Assembly (NCBI GenBank): GCA_965223905.1
Contig: CBDCXV010000008.1
Span: 1-45,018, forward strand
Length of the DNA stretch: 45,018 bases
Direction: 5' to 3'
DNA from: Candidatus Latescibacterota bacterium
GTDB lineage: Bacteria; Latescibacterota; UBA2968; UBA8231
In this document: positions 1-10,288 of the stretch, in pieces
Layout of the letters: every line of letters begins with the position of its first letter
How positions within the stretch are numbered: the first letter of the stretch is position 1
Program-made: the position numbers and the translations under genes
Notes under the pieces: model-generated
The model's input: the letters and a program-made list of their open reading frames with translations, nothing else
Databases searched by the model: none
Told to the model about the DNA's origin: nothing

Positions 1-31
1 CCGCCCTCTCGGGCCCGAGCGAACTGAGATC

Positions 32-1537
32 ATGAACGAGCAAACCACCTTCTTCGCCGACTCCGGCCTTCCGCCCGCCCTCGGCGACAACCTGCTGCGC
101 TTCAATCCCTGGTGGGAAGGAGAGGCCATGCCGCCGCAGCCGGCGACCCGCCGGCACCTGGTGGGGCAGATGCGCCGGCGCCTCGATGCCGGGATCGCTC
201 CTGTCGTCGTCGTCCGGGGACCGCGCCAGATCGGCAAGACCACGGCGCAGTTCCAGATGATCCAGGACCTGCTCGACGAGGGGGTGAACCCGAGGCGGAT
301 CCTTCGCGTCCAGTTCGACGACCTCGAGACCCTGGGCAGGTTGCCGGAACCGATCCTGCGCATTTCGGACTGGTTCGAACGCCGCGTTGCGCCGAAGCGC
401 TTCAACAGCCTGGCCAGCGACGGCGAGCCCGCCTACCTGTTTTTCGACGAGATCCAGAACCTGAAACGCTGGGACGTGCAGTTGAAGTCGCTGGTCGACA
501 ACGCTTCGGTCAGGGTGGTGGTCACCGGAAGCTCGGCTCTGCGCATCGAACTGGGGCGCGACTCTCTCGCCGGCCGCATCAATACGATCGAGGCTGGGGT
601 TCTGTCTCTCACCGAGATCGGCACCCTGCGCGGCCTGGGACCGCCGGCCCCCTTCCTCCGGGACAACGGCCTGGCGGACCTTCTGCAGAAGGGGTTCTGG
701 GCCGGCCTGCGGGAATACGGGATCGACCATGGGGGATTCCGCGAGGAGGCTTTCCTTCATTTCTCCGAACGCGGCGGCTATCCCCTGGTCCATCGCGAGA
801 AGGACATGGAATTCGCCCAGCTCTCGGATCAACTGAACGAGACGGTGATCAAGAGGGTCGTTCAGCACGATCTGCGCACCGGGGAGCGGGGCCGCAAGCG
901 GGACGGGAATCTGCTGGAGGAACTGTTCCGGCTGGTCTGCCGCTACGCCGGTCAAACACCGAGGACGGCCACCCTGGCCGAAGAAGCCCGGCTGTCGCTG
1001 GGTGCGAACATCGGCCCCCATCGCGTCACCCAGTACCTGAAATTCCTCGGCGATACGCTCCTGCTGCGCCTCGTGCCCCCTTTGGAGATTCGGCTGAAGC
1101 GCCGGCGGGGCAGTCCGAAGCTCTGCCTGGTCGACCACGGGCTCAGGGCGAGCTGGCTTCAGGAGCGGATCCCCCTGGTGCCGGGGCTGCTTGCGCAGCG
1201 CCCCGAGCTCACCACCATGGCCGGCCACCTGGCGGAGTCTGTTTTCGGCTCGGTGGCAGCGACAATCCACGGCCTCGACATCGCCCATTTTCCCCCGCGA
1301 GGCACCGACCAGGAGGTCGACTTCGTTCTGACTGTCGGCAGCACCCGTATCCCGGTGGAGATCAAGTACCAGAGACGGATCGATTCCTTCCGGGACACCC
1401 TGGGCCTGCGCTCCTTCCTGGAAAAATCGGTGAACAACGCCCCGTTCGGGATTCTCGTTACCCAGGACAACTCCGGAACGGTCGACGATCCGCGCATCGT
1501 CAGCCTGCCGTTGTCGACCTTCATGATGCTCCGCTGA
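32..1537 (+). CDS. AAA+ ATPase (AAA_14) with DUF4143 / PD-(D/E)xK-like C-terminal domain
   Basis: Walker A GPRQIGKTT, Walker B FFDEIQ, VTGSS and SLAGR motifs; C-terminal EVDFV...PVEIK. Confidence 0.9.
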   Translation: MNEQTTFFADSGLPPALGDNLLRFNPWWEGEAMPPQPATRRHLVGQMRRRLDAGIAPVVVVRGPRQIGKTTAQFQMIQDLLDEGVNPRRILRVQFDDLETLGRLPEPILRISDWFERRVAPKRFNSLASDGEPAYLFFDEIQNLKRWDVQLKSLVDNASVRVVVTGSSALRIELGRDSLAGRINTIEAGVLSLTEIGTLRGLGPPAPFLRDNGLADLLQKGFWAGLREYGIDHGGFREEAFLHFSERGGYPLVHREKDMEFAQLSDQLNETVIKRVVQHDLRTGERGRKRDGNLLEELFRLVCRYAGQTPRTATLAEEARLSLGANIGPHRVTQYLKFLGDTLLLRLVPPLEIRLKRRRGSPKLCLVDHGLRASWLQERIPLVPGLLAQRPELTTMAGHLAESVFGSVAATIHGLDIAHFPPRGTDQEVDFVLTVGSTRIPVEIKYQRRIDSFRDTLGLRSFLEKSVNNAPFGILVTQDNSGTVDDPRIVSLPLSTFMMLR

Positions 1538-1669
1538 ACGGCTGCCGTATCTGAAGAGGGCCACCCCGCGGCGAGGCGCCTGGCTCGCTACCGGCAGCGC
1601 CGCCCGGCCGAGGGAACGTCCGGGACATCACGGCACTTCCACCACGGCACTTCATTTGAGAGGAAGGGC

Positions 1670-2320
1670 ATGCCCTATACCGTCTATTTCGCCGGCGACC
1701 TGTTCGACCACAAGCACCTCATCGGCAACGCCCTCCTCGCCGAGGCGATCGCGCGCCATTCCGACCGCCGCTACACCTGCGTTATCCCGCAGGATCTCGA
1801 GCAGTCCACGGGGCGGGCAGCGGACATCCGCAACCAGGACCTGAAGCAGGTGATGGCCTGCGACCTCGGGCTGTTCAACTTCGACGGCACCGACCTCGAC
1901 TCCGGCACGGTGGTCGAGTTCATGATGGCGAAGTTCCTCGACATTCCCGCGGTGGTTCTGCGCTCGGACTTCCGCTCCTCCGGGGACCAGGACAAGGACG
2001 GCGACGACTGGAACCTGATGTGCTCCTTCTACCCGCGCGTGCGCCAGGTCCGGTTCAACGCCATGGCCTGGTACCAGGAGGCGCGCGCCGGCGCCGCGGA
2101 CACCGGCGACTGCCCGGGCCGCCTGTACGCGCGGGTCGCCGCCGCGGTCATCGAGCAGCTGGACGCCGTCCGTGCCGAGCCGCCCGTGATCGATAGCGGC
2201 CGGCAGCAGGAGCTGTACCGCTGGGCGACGCGCTTTCCCGGAGGGGGCTTCGAGGCAGCCTGCGGCCCCGGTTTCGCCGAAGAGGTGATCGAGTCCAAGC
2301 GCCGCAAGGGGCTGCTCTGA
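1670..2320 (+). CDS. Nucleoside 2-deoxyribosyltransferase family protein
   Basis: N-terminal VYFAGDLF, DLKQVMACD, DSGTVVEF (catalytic Glu), terminal WNLM motif; RBS GAGAGGAAGG. Confidence 0.85.
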   Translation: MPYTVYFAGDLFDHKHLIGNALLAEAIARHSDRRYTCVIPQDLEQSTGRAADIRNQDLKQVMACDLGLFNFDGTDLDSGTVVEFMMAKFLDIPAVVLRSDFRSSGDQDKDGDDWNLMCSFYPRVRQVRFNAMAWYQEARAGAADTGDCPGRLYARVAAAVIEQLDAVRAEPPVIDSGRQQELYRWATRFPGGGFEAACGPGFAEEVIESKRRKGLL

Positions 2321-2375
2321 GGGCTGTCTCCCCCCGTCCGGAGGTGTACCGCGATCCCGGCTCTCGAACAGCCGC

Positions 2376-2674
2376 GTGGCCATCGAGGACGCACACGGCC
2401 GCTTCGAGGCCCGGACGACCAACGGGTCGATAAAGTTCAGGGGAGCATCGACCGGGAAGCTGGAGCCGACTGGCCACCTCGAACGGCGGCGTCAAGGTGG
2501 CCCTGGACTCCGAGCCGAGTCTGAAGCTGACTGCTTCGACGGTAATCGGCCGGGTCAGGTGCGGGCTGCCGGGATTCGTCGCCTCGGTCGACACCGGCCT
2601 CAAGCTCGGGGGGCCGGCGAAGGCGGGCCGGGCTGATCGCCGAGACCAACAACGGCTTCATTGCCATTCAGTAG
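2376..2674 (+). pseudogene. Frameshifted C-terminal fragment of a DUF4097 (putative adhesin) beta-repeat protein
   Basis: Three frames give ARTTNGSIKF, LATSNGGVKVAL and IAETNNGFIAIQ*, i.e. T-x-N-G-x-I/V repeats; no N-terminal part. Confidence 0.6.
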
Positions 2675-2722
2675 CCGACCGCAGCAACGAATGAACGAGA
2701 ACGGAAGGCGCGTGCAGGACAC

Positions 2723-4423
2723 CTAACCCCGGCCACTTCCCCGCCGCAGGGTAACCACCCGGCCGCCCAGAAAGGTCCCGAAACTTTCGCTCTGCCCACC
2801 GGGCCAGCGCACCGCGACGTCGTGGACCCTTTCCTCGCTGCCCAGCCCCACGTGAATCCGCGGATCGTTGGCAGCGAGATAACTGTACGCGGTCCTTACT
2901 TCGCGGGTTTTCCGGACAGACCCGACATCGAACGTCACGACCGCACCCAGGGCGTCGCCGCCGCGGTCGTTGTGGACGCGGAAAGAGATCCAGTTGCCCC
3001 TTTCACCGACGACATTGCGCAGCAGACAGGCCGGCGCATCGCGGTTGACCACCAGCACATCGACGCCGCCGTCGTTGTCGACGTCTCCGAACGCCGCCGC
3101 CCGGCTCGATCCCACCAGAAGCGCGGCAGTTCCTCCCCTCGGCAGGACCTCTTCGAAACGCCCGTCCGGCTGGCCGGCAAATAGCAGGTTGGGCTCGGCA
3201 AAAGGATCCGCGGAAAGCTGATTGAAATTGCCGTAATCAATGCGGCCGTTGACTTCGTACAGGTCCAGGGTGCCATTGTTGTCGAAATCGAGGATGCCGA
3301 CACCGAAGCGGGTAAACAGGCGATTGCCCCAGGACAGCCCAACCGCCACGGTGGCGTCGGTGAAGTAGGTTCCCCTGTTGCGATAGAACGAGTCCGTCTC
3401 GTCGTGCAGGTTGACCACCAGCAGATCGAGGGTGGCATTGTCGTCGATATCGATTGCGCAGACCCCCATACCCGCCTTGACCGTACCGCTTTCGTCCAGG
3501 GCGCACCCCCGCAGCAGGGCCCGGTCGACAAAGGTGCCATCCCCCTGGTTCAACCACAGCTGGTTAATGGTGCTGTCGTTGGCCACGAAGATATCGGTGA
3601 TGCCATCGCCGTCGAAGTCGCCGCACACCACCCCCAGACCATTGCCAAAGGCCGCGCCGAGCCCGGCTTTTGCCGATACATCGGCAAAGGTGCCATCGCC
3701 GTTGTTGCGATACAGTACGTCCGGCACGGGAGCATTGTAGTCCCGGGGACTGCAGTAATTGCGATCGCCGAGATGGGTGAAGCACTCTCTCCTTGTTTCC
3801 AGCGACCAGTCGATGTAATTGGTCACGAATAAATCGAGGTCGCCGTCCGCGTCGTAGTCCACGAAGGCGGCACTCGATCCCCAGCGCGCGTCCCCCACGC
3901 GAGCGGCTGCGGTGACATCAGTGAAGCGCCCCCGGCCATCGTTCTGCAGCAATGCGTTCGCTTCCACGTTCGTCGTGTAGAGATCCGGGTCGCCGTCGCT
4001 GTCGCTGTCGCCGGTAGCCACCCCCATCCCGTAGCCGCGGTCCCCGGCGCCGCTCCCCGGGGTGACGTTCTCGAAGCGGCCATCCCCCTTGTTGCGGTAA
4101 AGCTGATTGGCGTGGTCGGACGGGACTTCCAGGCTTCCCCCCTGCACGAGGTAGGCATCGAGGTCGCCGTCGGCGTCCATGTCGAAGACCGCCGCCCCTC
4201 CTGCCATGATTTCGGGCATCAAGTGGCGTTGGCGGTGTCCCGACTCATGGACAAAATCAATCCCGCGTTCCAAGGCGACCTCCTCGAACCAGGGTGAAGC
4301 TCCAATCACTGCCTTTCCGGTATGGGCCGCCGGGACCTCCTCCTCCGGAACATCGCAGCCCGCGAACAAGAGACAGACGACGCCCGCCGTCGGCATCCGT
4401 CGGCCCGGGGAGGGCAGCGTCAT
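2723..4423 (-). CDS. CRTAC1-family lipoprotein (FG-GAP/VCBS repeats + ASPIC/UnbV domain)
   Basis: Lipobox LFAGC; repeated D-x-D-x-DGDxDL; C-terminal SYLAANDPRIHVGLG...VRWPGG. Confidence 0.92.
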   Translation of the reverse strand: MTLPSPGRRMPTAGVVCLLFAGCDVPEEEVPAAHTGKAVIGASPWFEEVALERGIDFVHESGHRQRHLMPEIMAGGAAVFDMDADGDLDAYLVQGGSLEVPSDHANQLYRNKGDGRFENVTPGSGAGDRGYGMGVATGDSDSDGDPDLYTTNVEANALLQNDGRGRFTDVTAAARVGDARWGSSAAFVDYDADGDLDLFVTNYIDWSLETRRECFTHLGDRNYCSPRDYNAPVPDVLYRNNGDGTFADVSAKAGLGAAFGNGLGVVCGDFDGDGITDIFVANDSTINQLWLNQGDGTFVDRALLRGCALDESGTVKAGMGVCAIDIDDNATLDLLVVNLHDETDSFYRNRGTYFTDATVAVGLSWGNRLFTRFGVGILDFDNNGTLDLYEVNGRIDYGNFNQLSADPFAEPNLLFAGQPDGRFEEVLPRGGTAALLVGSSRAAAFGDVDNDGGVDVLVVNRDAPACLLRNVVGERGNWISFRVHNDRGGDALGAVVTFDVGSVRKTREVRTAYSYLAANDPRIHVGLGSEERVHDVAVRWPGGQSESFGTFLGGRVVTLRRGSGRG

Positions 4424-5859
4424 CTGGAAGTGCTCTTCTGGATTCTCGACCGCCGCACCTCCCGCAGGAGACTCCCGATATCGGAGGATCCGGGTTGTAT
4501 TGCGACCGCGCGTTTGAGCGCCTCTTCGGCTTCGTCGAGCGCCCCGAGCTTCATCGCAGCTTTTCCGATCCCCGCGAACGCCTGTGCCGACTTCGGATCG
4601 AGTGCTGCCGCTCGCCGGAAACTGGCCAGTCCCTCCTCCCAGCGTTCAAGTCTGCACTGGACACCGCCCAGGCGCAAAAACAGCGAGGGATTGTGCGGAT
4701 CGTGCTTCAGCCCCTGCTCGAAAGCCGCGGCGGCGTCCGCAATCCGTCCTGTCGCCGCCAGAACCGCCCCCTTCCCCTCGTAGACCCTCCCCTGCGAAGG
4801 ATCCAGGGCAATGGCCCGCTCCAGGTGCTCCAGCGCCCGGGCTGGATCTTCAAGCCCCGCATACACGGACGCCACGGTGAATTGGAGGTCGACATCTTCG
4901 GGACGGATCGCCAATGCTTCCTCGAATACCTCAAGCGCCCGTCTGTGAAAACCCTGCTTTCTGTACACGGCACCGAGCTTCTTCCGGACTCCCGGGGAAT
5001 CCGGGTACTGTTGCCGCAGTTTTTCCAACAGGGCGGCGCCTGCATCCAGCTTCCCCATTTCCACGATGCGGCCGGCCCGGTTGAATTCCGCCAGCAAACC
5101 CGTCCTGTATGCATTGATCTCTTCGTCCCACGGGTCACGCCACACAGGAGCTGCCCCGGCGCCGCGCTCGAGCTCGGAGCGCGCCTCTTGCCAGCGTCCC
5201 AGCTGGCGGTAGGCCGTTCCCAGAAGCAGGTGAGTATAGGGGTGATCCGGACCCTTTTTCACAAGCTCTTCGAGAACCCTCGCGGCTCTCCCGGGCCGCT
5301 GTTCCCGCAAAAGCGTGCGCGCCAGCCCCCAGACTCCGGCCGGGTCCCTCTCGTCCAATTCGATGGCGCGCTCGAACGATTTTCTTGCCGGCTCCAGCGC
5401 ACCCTGATCGAGATGCCACAAGCCCAGGCGCCAGCGCAGCGGGGCGTAACGGGGGTGCAGCTCGATGGCGCGCTCGATGGCTGCCATGGCCCCTGCCCGA
5501 TCCCCTAGGCGCATCCAGACCCGCGCTGCCCGGTACCACCACCTCGGTTCGGAGACTTCGATGGAAAGCGCCTTCTGGTAATTCTCCAAGGCCAGACTAT
5601 CGAGTTCATTCGCTTCGTAGACATGACCCAGACGCATCCACAGGTCCGCCTCGCCGGGATTCGAGGCGACCGCTGCGAGGTTCTTCTCAACCAGCGCAAC
5701 GATGGCCGCATCCCTGCCTTCGAGGGCGGCCGGTATCGCAAACCGGTCCGTTGATGATGTCCGGAGCAGGAATGTTCCGGCCGCGGCGATCAGCGCCGCA
5801 ACCACCAGCGAGGTGAGGCGAACTCCTGTCCTTCCTTGCTTGAAAAATCGCCTGGCCAA
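4420..5859 (-). CDS. Membrane-anchored tetratricopeptide repeat protein (start uncertain; ORF open to 5955)
   Basis: N-terminal hydrophobic helix then about 10 TPR units (A...P...W/LG pattern); stop overlaps the ATG of the CRTAC1 gene. Confidence 0.85.
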   Translation of the reverse strand: MARRFFKQGRTGVRLTSLVVAALIAAAGTFLLRTSSTDRFAIPAALEGRDAAIVALVEKNLAAVASNPGEADLWMRLGHVYEANELDSLALENYQKALSIEVSEPRWWYRAARVWMRLGDRAGAMAAIERAIELHPRYAPLRWRLGLWHLDQGALEPARKSFERAIELDERDPAGVWGLARTLLREQRPGRAARVLEELVKKGPDHPYTHLLLGTAYRQLGRWQEARSELERGAGAAPVWRDPWDEEINAYRTGLLAEFNRAGRIVEMGKLDAGAALLEKLRQQYPDSPGVRKKLGAVYRKQGFHRRALEVFEEALAIRPEDVDLQFTVASVYAGLEDPARALEHLERAIALDPSQGRVYEGKGAVLAATGRIADAAAAFEQGLKHDPHNPSLFLRLGGVQCRLERWEEGLASFRRAAALDPKSAQAFAGIGKAAMKLGALDEAEEALKRAVAIQPGSSDIGSLLREVRRSRIQKSTSR

Positions 5860-5872
5860 TGTCGGCGGTCTC

Positions 5873-5896
5873 GAAAATGCTTTTGAAAATGCTTTT
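5873..5896. promoter_or_regulatory. Tandem 12-bp direct repeat GAAAATGCTTTT x2, possible operator
   Basis: Exact tandem duplication of a quasi-palindromic AT-rich unit between divergent genes. Confidence 0.35.
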
Positions 5897-6067
5897 ATCG
5901 AAAAGACGGTTACCACTGCCGGGCTGAAATTAGCCGCCCCCGGAACGACCGGCAACGCGACCTCGCTTGAACAGGCTCACTCGATTCGGCATATTGGCGC
6001 CCTTTGCCGCCGAAGGGCGGCAACTGTCCCTGCCGACTGGTGCGACTGCGGATCACATGCGCGATAC

Positions 6068-6114
6068 CTACGTGTCCCGTCGTAGAAATATCTTTCTCTG
6101 CGACGGGACACTGG
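6068..6114. mobile_element. Collapsed MITE (two terminal inverted repeats, core missing)
   Basis: GTGTCCCGTCGTAGAAA...TTTCTCTGCGACGGGACAC nearly matches both TIRs of the 9538-9705 element. Confidence 0.75.
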
Positions 6115-6118
6115 CCAT

Positions 6119-7984
6119 ATGCATTCTGAATCGAGCAGCACCCGCCTGACAGGAATAGGTCGACTGGCACTGACTGCCGCGGCCGCCTTGCCTAGCTGCA
6201 ACGATGGAGGCGAGGAGCAGCCTGCCGGGCGGGCGTTCTTCGTCGACGTGGGCGCGGAGAGCGGGGTCGGGTTCAACCATACCGCCGGAGGCCGCGGGGA
6301 TTACTATCTCATCGAGACCATGGGCGCCGGTGGTGCGTTTTTCGACTACGACGGCGACGGGTTTCTCGACGTCTACCTCGTAGATGGATTCTCCCTGCAA
6401 GGTATCGGCACTGGGTTCGATCCCGTGAATCTTCTCTCGGAAACCCTTGATTACTACCTGATGTCGCCTCCCAGAGAAAGGAACCTGCCTCTTCGCCTTG
6501 ACGGGGAAGCCGACAGTCTCGTTTACCGGGTTCGCCAGCACGCCGAGCCGCTCGTCAGAAACCGCCTCTTCCGGAACGGCGCGGACGACAGCTTTCCGGA
6601 CGTGACTTCAGAGGCGGGAGTGGGGGACACGGGGTACGGTATGGGCTGTGCCGTCGGGGACTACGACAACGACGGCGACGCGGATCTGTACGTGGCCAAC
6701 TACGGACCGAACGCCCTGTACCGGAACGAGGCGGACGGCAGATTTACCGCGGTCACGGAGCAGACGGGGACCGGGGACCGCAGCTGGAGCGTGGGAGCGG
6801 CCTTCTTCGATTACGACAACGACGGCCGGCTCGATCTCTATGTCGTCAACTACCTCGACTTTCACGTAGGCAACAACCAGATCTGTGGCGGGATAGAGGA
6901 GATGGAGGAGTCGCCGTCGGGCAGGCAGCTGAGAATGCGCAAGGACCACCGTTCGTACTGCGGTCCGAAAGCCTACAGCGCCGCCGTCGATCTCCTCTAC
7001 CACAACGCCGGAAGCCACTTCGAGGACGCGACGCGCGAAATGGTCGTCTTCAGCCCGTATGGAAAGGGGCTCGGCGTCGTGACCGCAGACTTCGACAGCG
7101 ACGGCGACACGGACCTCTACGTGGCCAACGACGGCGTGAGAAACTTTCTGTACCGCAATGACGGCGAGCTGTTCACGGAGATCGCGGAGGCCTCCGGGGC
7201 GGCGTACAACGCGTATGGTCGAGCGGAAGCGGGCATGGGCACCGACTGGGGCGACTTCGATGGAGATGCCGATTTCGATCTATTCGTCACCAATTACTCG
7301 AAGCAGACCAACACGCTCTATCGCAACGAGAGCGCAGGCCTGTTCACCGACGTGACGGAAAACGTGCGCTTGGCCTCGAGCAGCTTCAATCCCCTGGGCT
7401 TCGGGACCTTCTTTTTCGATGCCGACAATGACGCCGACCTCGACCTGTTCGTCGCCAACGGCCACGTCAAGGACAGGGTCGGCTCCTTCGCCGGCAACGA
7501 AGACATCACTTATGCGCAGCCGAACCAACTTTTCGACAACCTCGGGGGTCGGGAATACGTCGATGTATCCGGCGACAGCGGCCCCGGGCTGGAGCCTGTC
7601 CTCGTCTCCCGGGGAAGCGCTTTCGGAGATTACGACAACGACGGCGATCTCGACGTTCTCGTGACCAACTGCAACGGTCCCGCCCAGCTCCTGCACAACG
7701 ATCTGCAGGCGAAGAGGAACTGGCTCTCGGTTCGCCTGATCGGCAGCAGGGTGAACCGGGACGCGGTCGGCTCCAGGATAGCCGTCACCTGCGATGGCGC
7801 CACCCAGATTCGAGAGGTGAGGACGAACGGCAGCTACGCCTCGGCGAGCGACATCCGGCAGCATTTCGGTCTGGGGGGATGCAGCAGGGTGGAGCGCCTG
7901 GAGATCATCTGGCACGACGGTTCGTCGCAGGTGGTGGGCGAGACAGAGGCGAACCGGTTTCTGACCATCGCGCAGGAGGGGTGA
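6119..7984 (+). CDS. CRTAC1-family lipoprotein (FG-GAP + ASPIC/UnbV)
   Basis: Lipobox-like ALPSC; IETMGAGGAFFDYDGDG; multiple DYDNDGDxD; SYASASDIRQHFGLG. Confidence 0.92.
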   Translation: MHSESSSTRLTGIGRLALTAAAALPSCNDGGEEQPAGRAFFVDVGAESGVGFNHTAGGRGDYYLIETMGAGGAFFDYDGDGFLDVYLVDGFSLQGIGTGFDPVNLLSETLDYYLMSPPRERNLPLRLDGEADSLVYRVRQHAEPLVRNRLFRNGADDSFPDVTSEAGVGDTGYGMGCAVGDYDNDGDADLYVANYGPNALYRNEADGRFTAVTEQTGTGDRSWSVGAAFFDYDNDGRLDLYVVNYLDFHVGNNQICGGIEEMEESPSGRQLRMRKDHRSYCGPKAYSAAVDLLYHNAGSHFEDATREMVVFSPYGKGLGVVTADFDSDGDTDLYVANDGVRNFLYRNDGELFTEIAEASGAAYNAYGRAEAGMGTDWGDFDGDADFDLFVTNYSKQTNTLYRNESAGLFTDVTENVRLASSSFNPLGFGTFFFDADNDADLDLFVANGHVKDRVGSFAGNEDITYAQPNQLFDNLGGREYVDVSGDSGPGLEPVLVSRGSAFGDYDNDGDLDVLVTNCNGPAQLLHNDLQAKRNWLSVRLIGSRVNRDAVGSRIAVTCDGATQIREVRTNGSYASASDIRQHFGLGGCSRVERLEIIWHDGSSQVVGETEANRFLTIAQEG

Positions 7985-7990
7985 GGGGCA

Positions 7991-10288
7991 GTGGCGAGTC
8001 CGAGATCAGACATCGCCGCGGAAAAACCAGACACGACAGGAATCATGCCGCGGCGGTCCGAGGTGCTGTTCCCGGTGTTGCTGTTCGGCACCCTTTCGGG
8101 ATGCGGGAGCGCGGAGCAGGACAGGGCGCAGCCGGACGGGGCGCAGCCGGAAGCAGTTGGGCTGCGGGTCGCTGACGGGCACGAGCGGATGCTCGGATTG
8201 CTCCGTCGGATCAAGGAGCGCGTTCCAAGGGCGAACCCCTACCTCGGCGACGCACGCCGTTCGCCGGATTCTCTCCTCTCCCTGGCTTTCAGCCTGGGTG
8301 TATCCTACATGCGCCTGGCCGAGACCGAGAACTGCATCGAGGCTCACACGAGCGAGAGTTGCATCTTCCCGATTCGCGGCGACGGAGTTCACGTCCATAA
8401 AGACGCAACCCTCAAGGCCATCGAGCACTACTCGCGCGTGCTTGAGCTGAGGCCGGATCTGAAAGCTCGCTGGTTGCTCAACCTCGCCTACATGACCGTC
8501 GGCCGCTATCCCGATGAAGTGCCCGAGCGCTTCCTGATCCTGCCCGAAGCCTTCGAGTCCGAGGCGGAGTTTCCCCCCTTCGTCGATAGAGCCCCGGAGC
8601 GCGGGCTGAATACTTTCAGTCACGCCGGAGGCAGCATCGTCGACGACTTCGACAACGATGGATTCCTCGACATCGTCGTGTCTACGTGGAATCCCACCGG
8701 GCAGATTCGCTACTTTCACAACGATGGGGACGGGACGTTTTCCGAGAGAACCGAGCAGGCGGGGCTGGCGGGCATTTACGGCGGCTTGAACCTGGTCCAG
8801 GCGGACTACAACAACGACGGCGCCGTCGACGCACTGGTTCTCCGGGGCGCCTGGCTGGGAAGGTCGGGGCGGCATCCCAATTCGCTTTTGCGCAACGACG
8901 GCAGGGGCGGTTTCCGGGATGTCACCTTCGATGTCGGGCTCGGAGACGATCACTACCCTACGCAGACGGCGTCGTGGGCCGACGACCTCGATCTCTACGT
9001 CGGCAATGAAAATTTCAGCAATCAACTCTATCGAAACCGGGAAGATGGAACGTTCGTCGACGTCGCCGCGACGGCTCTGGTCGACGACGAAGGGTACGCA
9101 AAAGGGGTCGTCTGGGGCGACTACGACGGCGACCGCTTCCCCGACTTGTACGTGTCGAACATGGGTCAGGCCAATCGTCTGTATCACAACGAGGGCGACG
9201 GCACGTTCGTCGATGTGGCGGCCGAACTCGGGGTAACGGCTCCCAGCTTCAGCTTTCCCGTTTGGTTCTGGGACTTCGACAACGACGGCGCCCTGGATCT
9301 CTTCGTGGCCAGCTTCAGGCAGGACCTCGCACTGGTCTCGGCCGACTACATGGGCCTTCCGCACCAAGCGGAGATGGATTGCCTGTACCAGGGTGACGGC
9401 AGGGGTGGGTTCACGAGGTGGCGGCCGAGCGGAACCTGCGGCGCGTAACCCAGCCGATGGGCTCCAACTTCGGCGATCTCGACAATGACGGATTCCTCGA
9501 TTTCTACCTGGGAACCGGCTATCCCGAGTACGAATCCCTAGTGTCCCGTCGCAGAGATATGTCGCCATTGGGACGCCGATCCATCCCGGCTCACGGCGTT
9601 GCCTTCACTCGCCGTACACCCTCGGTACGACTCGCTCAGGCGCCTTGTGAGCCGGGCGCCTCGGCGTCCCAATTTTGTCAATCTATCTCTGCGACGGGAC
9701 ACTAGTTCCCAATCTCATGTTTCGCAACGACAGGGAACTGGTTTTCTCGACGTGACGACCGCCGGTGGATTCGGACACCTGCAGAAGGGGCACGGGGTCG
9801 CCTTTGCCGATCTCGACAACGACGGGGACCAGGACGTTTTTCTCGAAGTAGGCGGATGGTATGCCGGAGACGCGTACGGAGACGCCCTGTTCGAGAACCC
9901 GGGATTCGGCAACCACTGGATCGCGATCAGGCTGGTCGGAACCGGTTCCAACGCTGCCGCCATCGGCGCCCGCATCCGGATCGTCGTCGCCGGCGACAAT
10001 GGGAGCGAGCGGTCGATCTACCGGTGGGTGACCAGCGGCGGCAGCTTCGGGGGGAACCCCCTGCGGCAACAGATCGGCCTGGGAAAAGCGGAGTCGATCG
10101 CAGGGCTCGAGATCTTCTGGCCGACAACAGGACACACCCACGTATTCCGCGATGTCGCCGTCAACCAGTTTATCCAGATCACCGAAGGAAAGCCCGGATT
10201 CCGAAGGATGCCCTGGAAGACGGTGAAGTTTGCACACTCTCGGACCCCTGGTTCGCACCGCGACCACCACACAACGGCCCGCCGGTGA
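7991..10288 (+). pseudogene. TPR-CRTAC1 type lipoprotein disrupted by a MITE, frameshifts and internal deletion(s)
   Basis: Lipobox LSGC, ARWLLNLAYMT, FG-GAP repeats, GFGHLQKGHGVAFADLDNDGDQD and GGSFGGNPLRQQIGLG are spread over 3 frames; frameshifts near 9418 and 9733; MITE at 9538-9705. Confidence 0.88.
9538..9705 (+). mobile_element. MITE copy A (168 bp, IS630-like, TA/CTAG target)
   Basis: Perfect 22-bp TIR CTAGTGTCCCGTCGCAGAGATA (including the target CTAG); excision restores YPEYESLVPNLMFRND. Confidence 0.93.

Noticed and set aside
112-1554. Arg/Pro/Gly-rich same-strand alternative ORFs (also 13620-15626)
   Set aside because: Out-of-frame overlaps of real genes with the low-complexity composition typical of GC-rich off-frames
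1575-1655. Short hairpin GCGAG...CTCGC, CACGGCACTTC direct repeat and a GGGACATCAC similar to a MITE end
   Set aside because: Too short; no matching second end, core or U-tract
6340-7660. Recurrent GACTACGACAACGACGGCGAC nucleotide repeats considered as a DGR template/variable repeat or DNA-level array
   Set aside because: Explained by FG-GAP protein repeats; no adenine-specific variation and no reverse transcriptase
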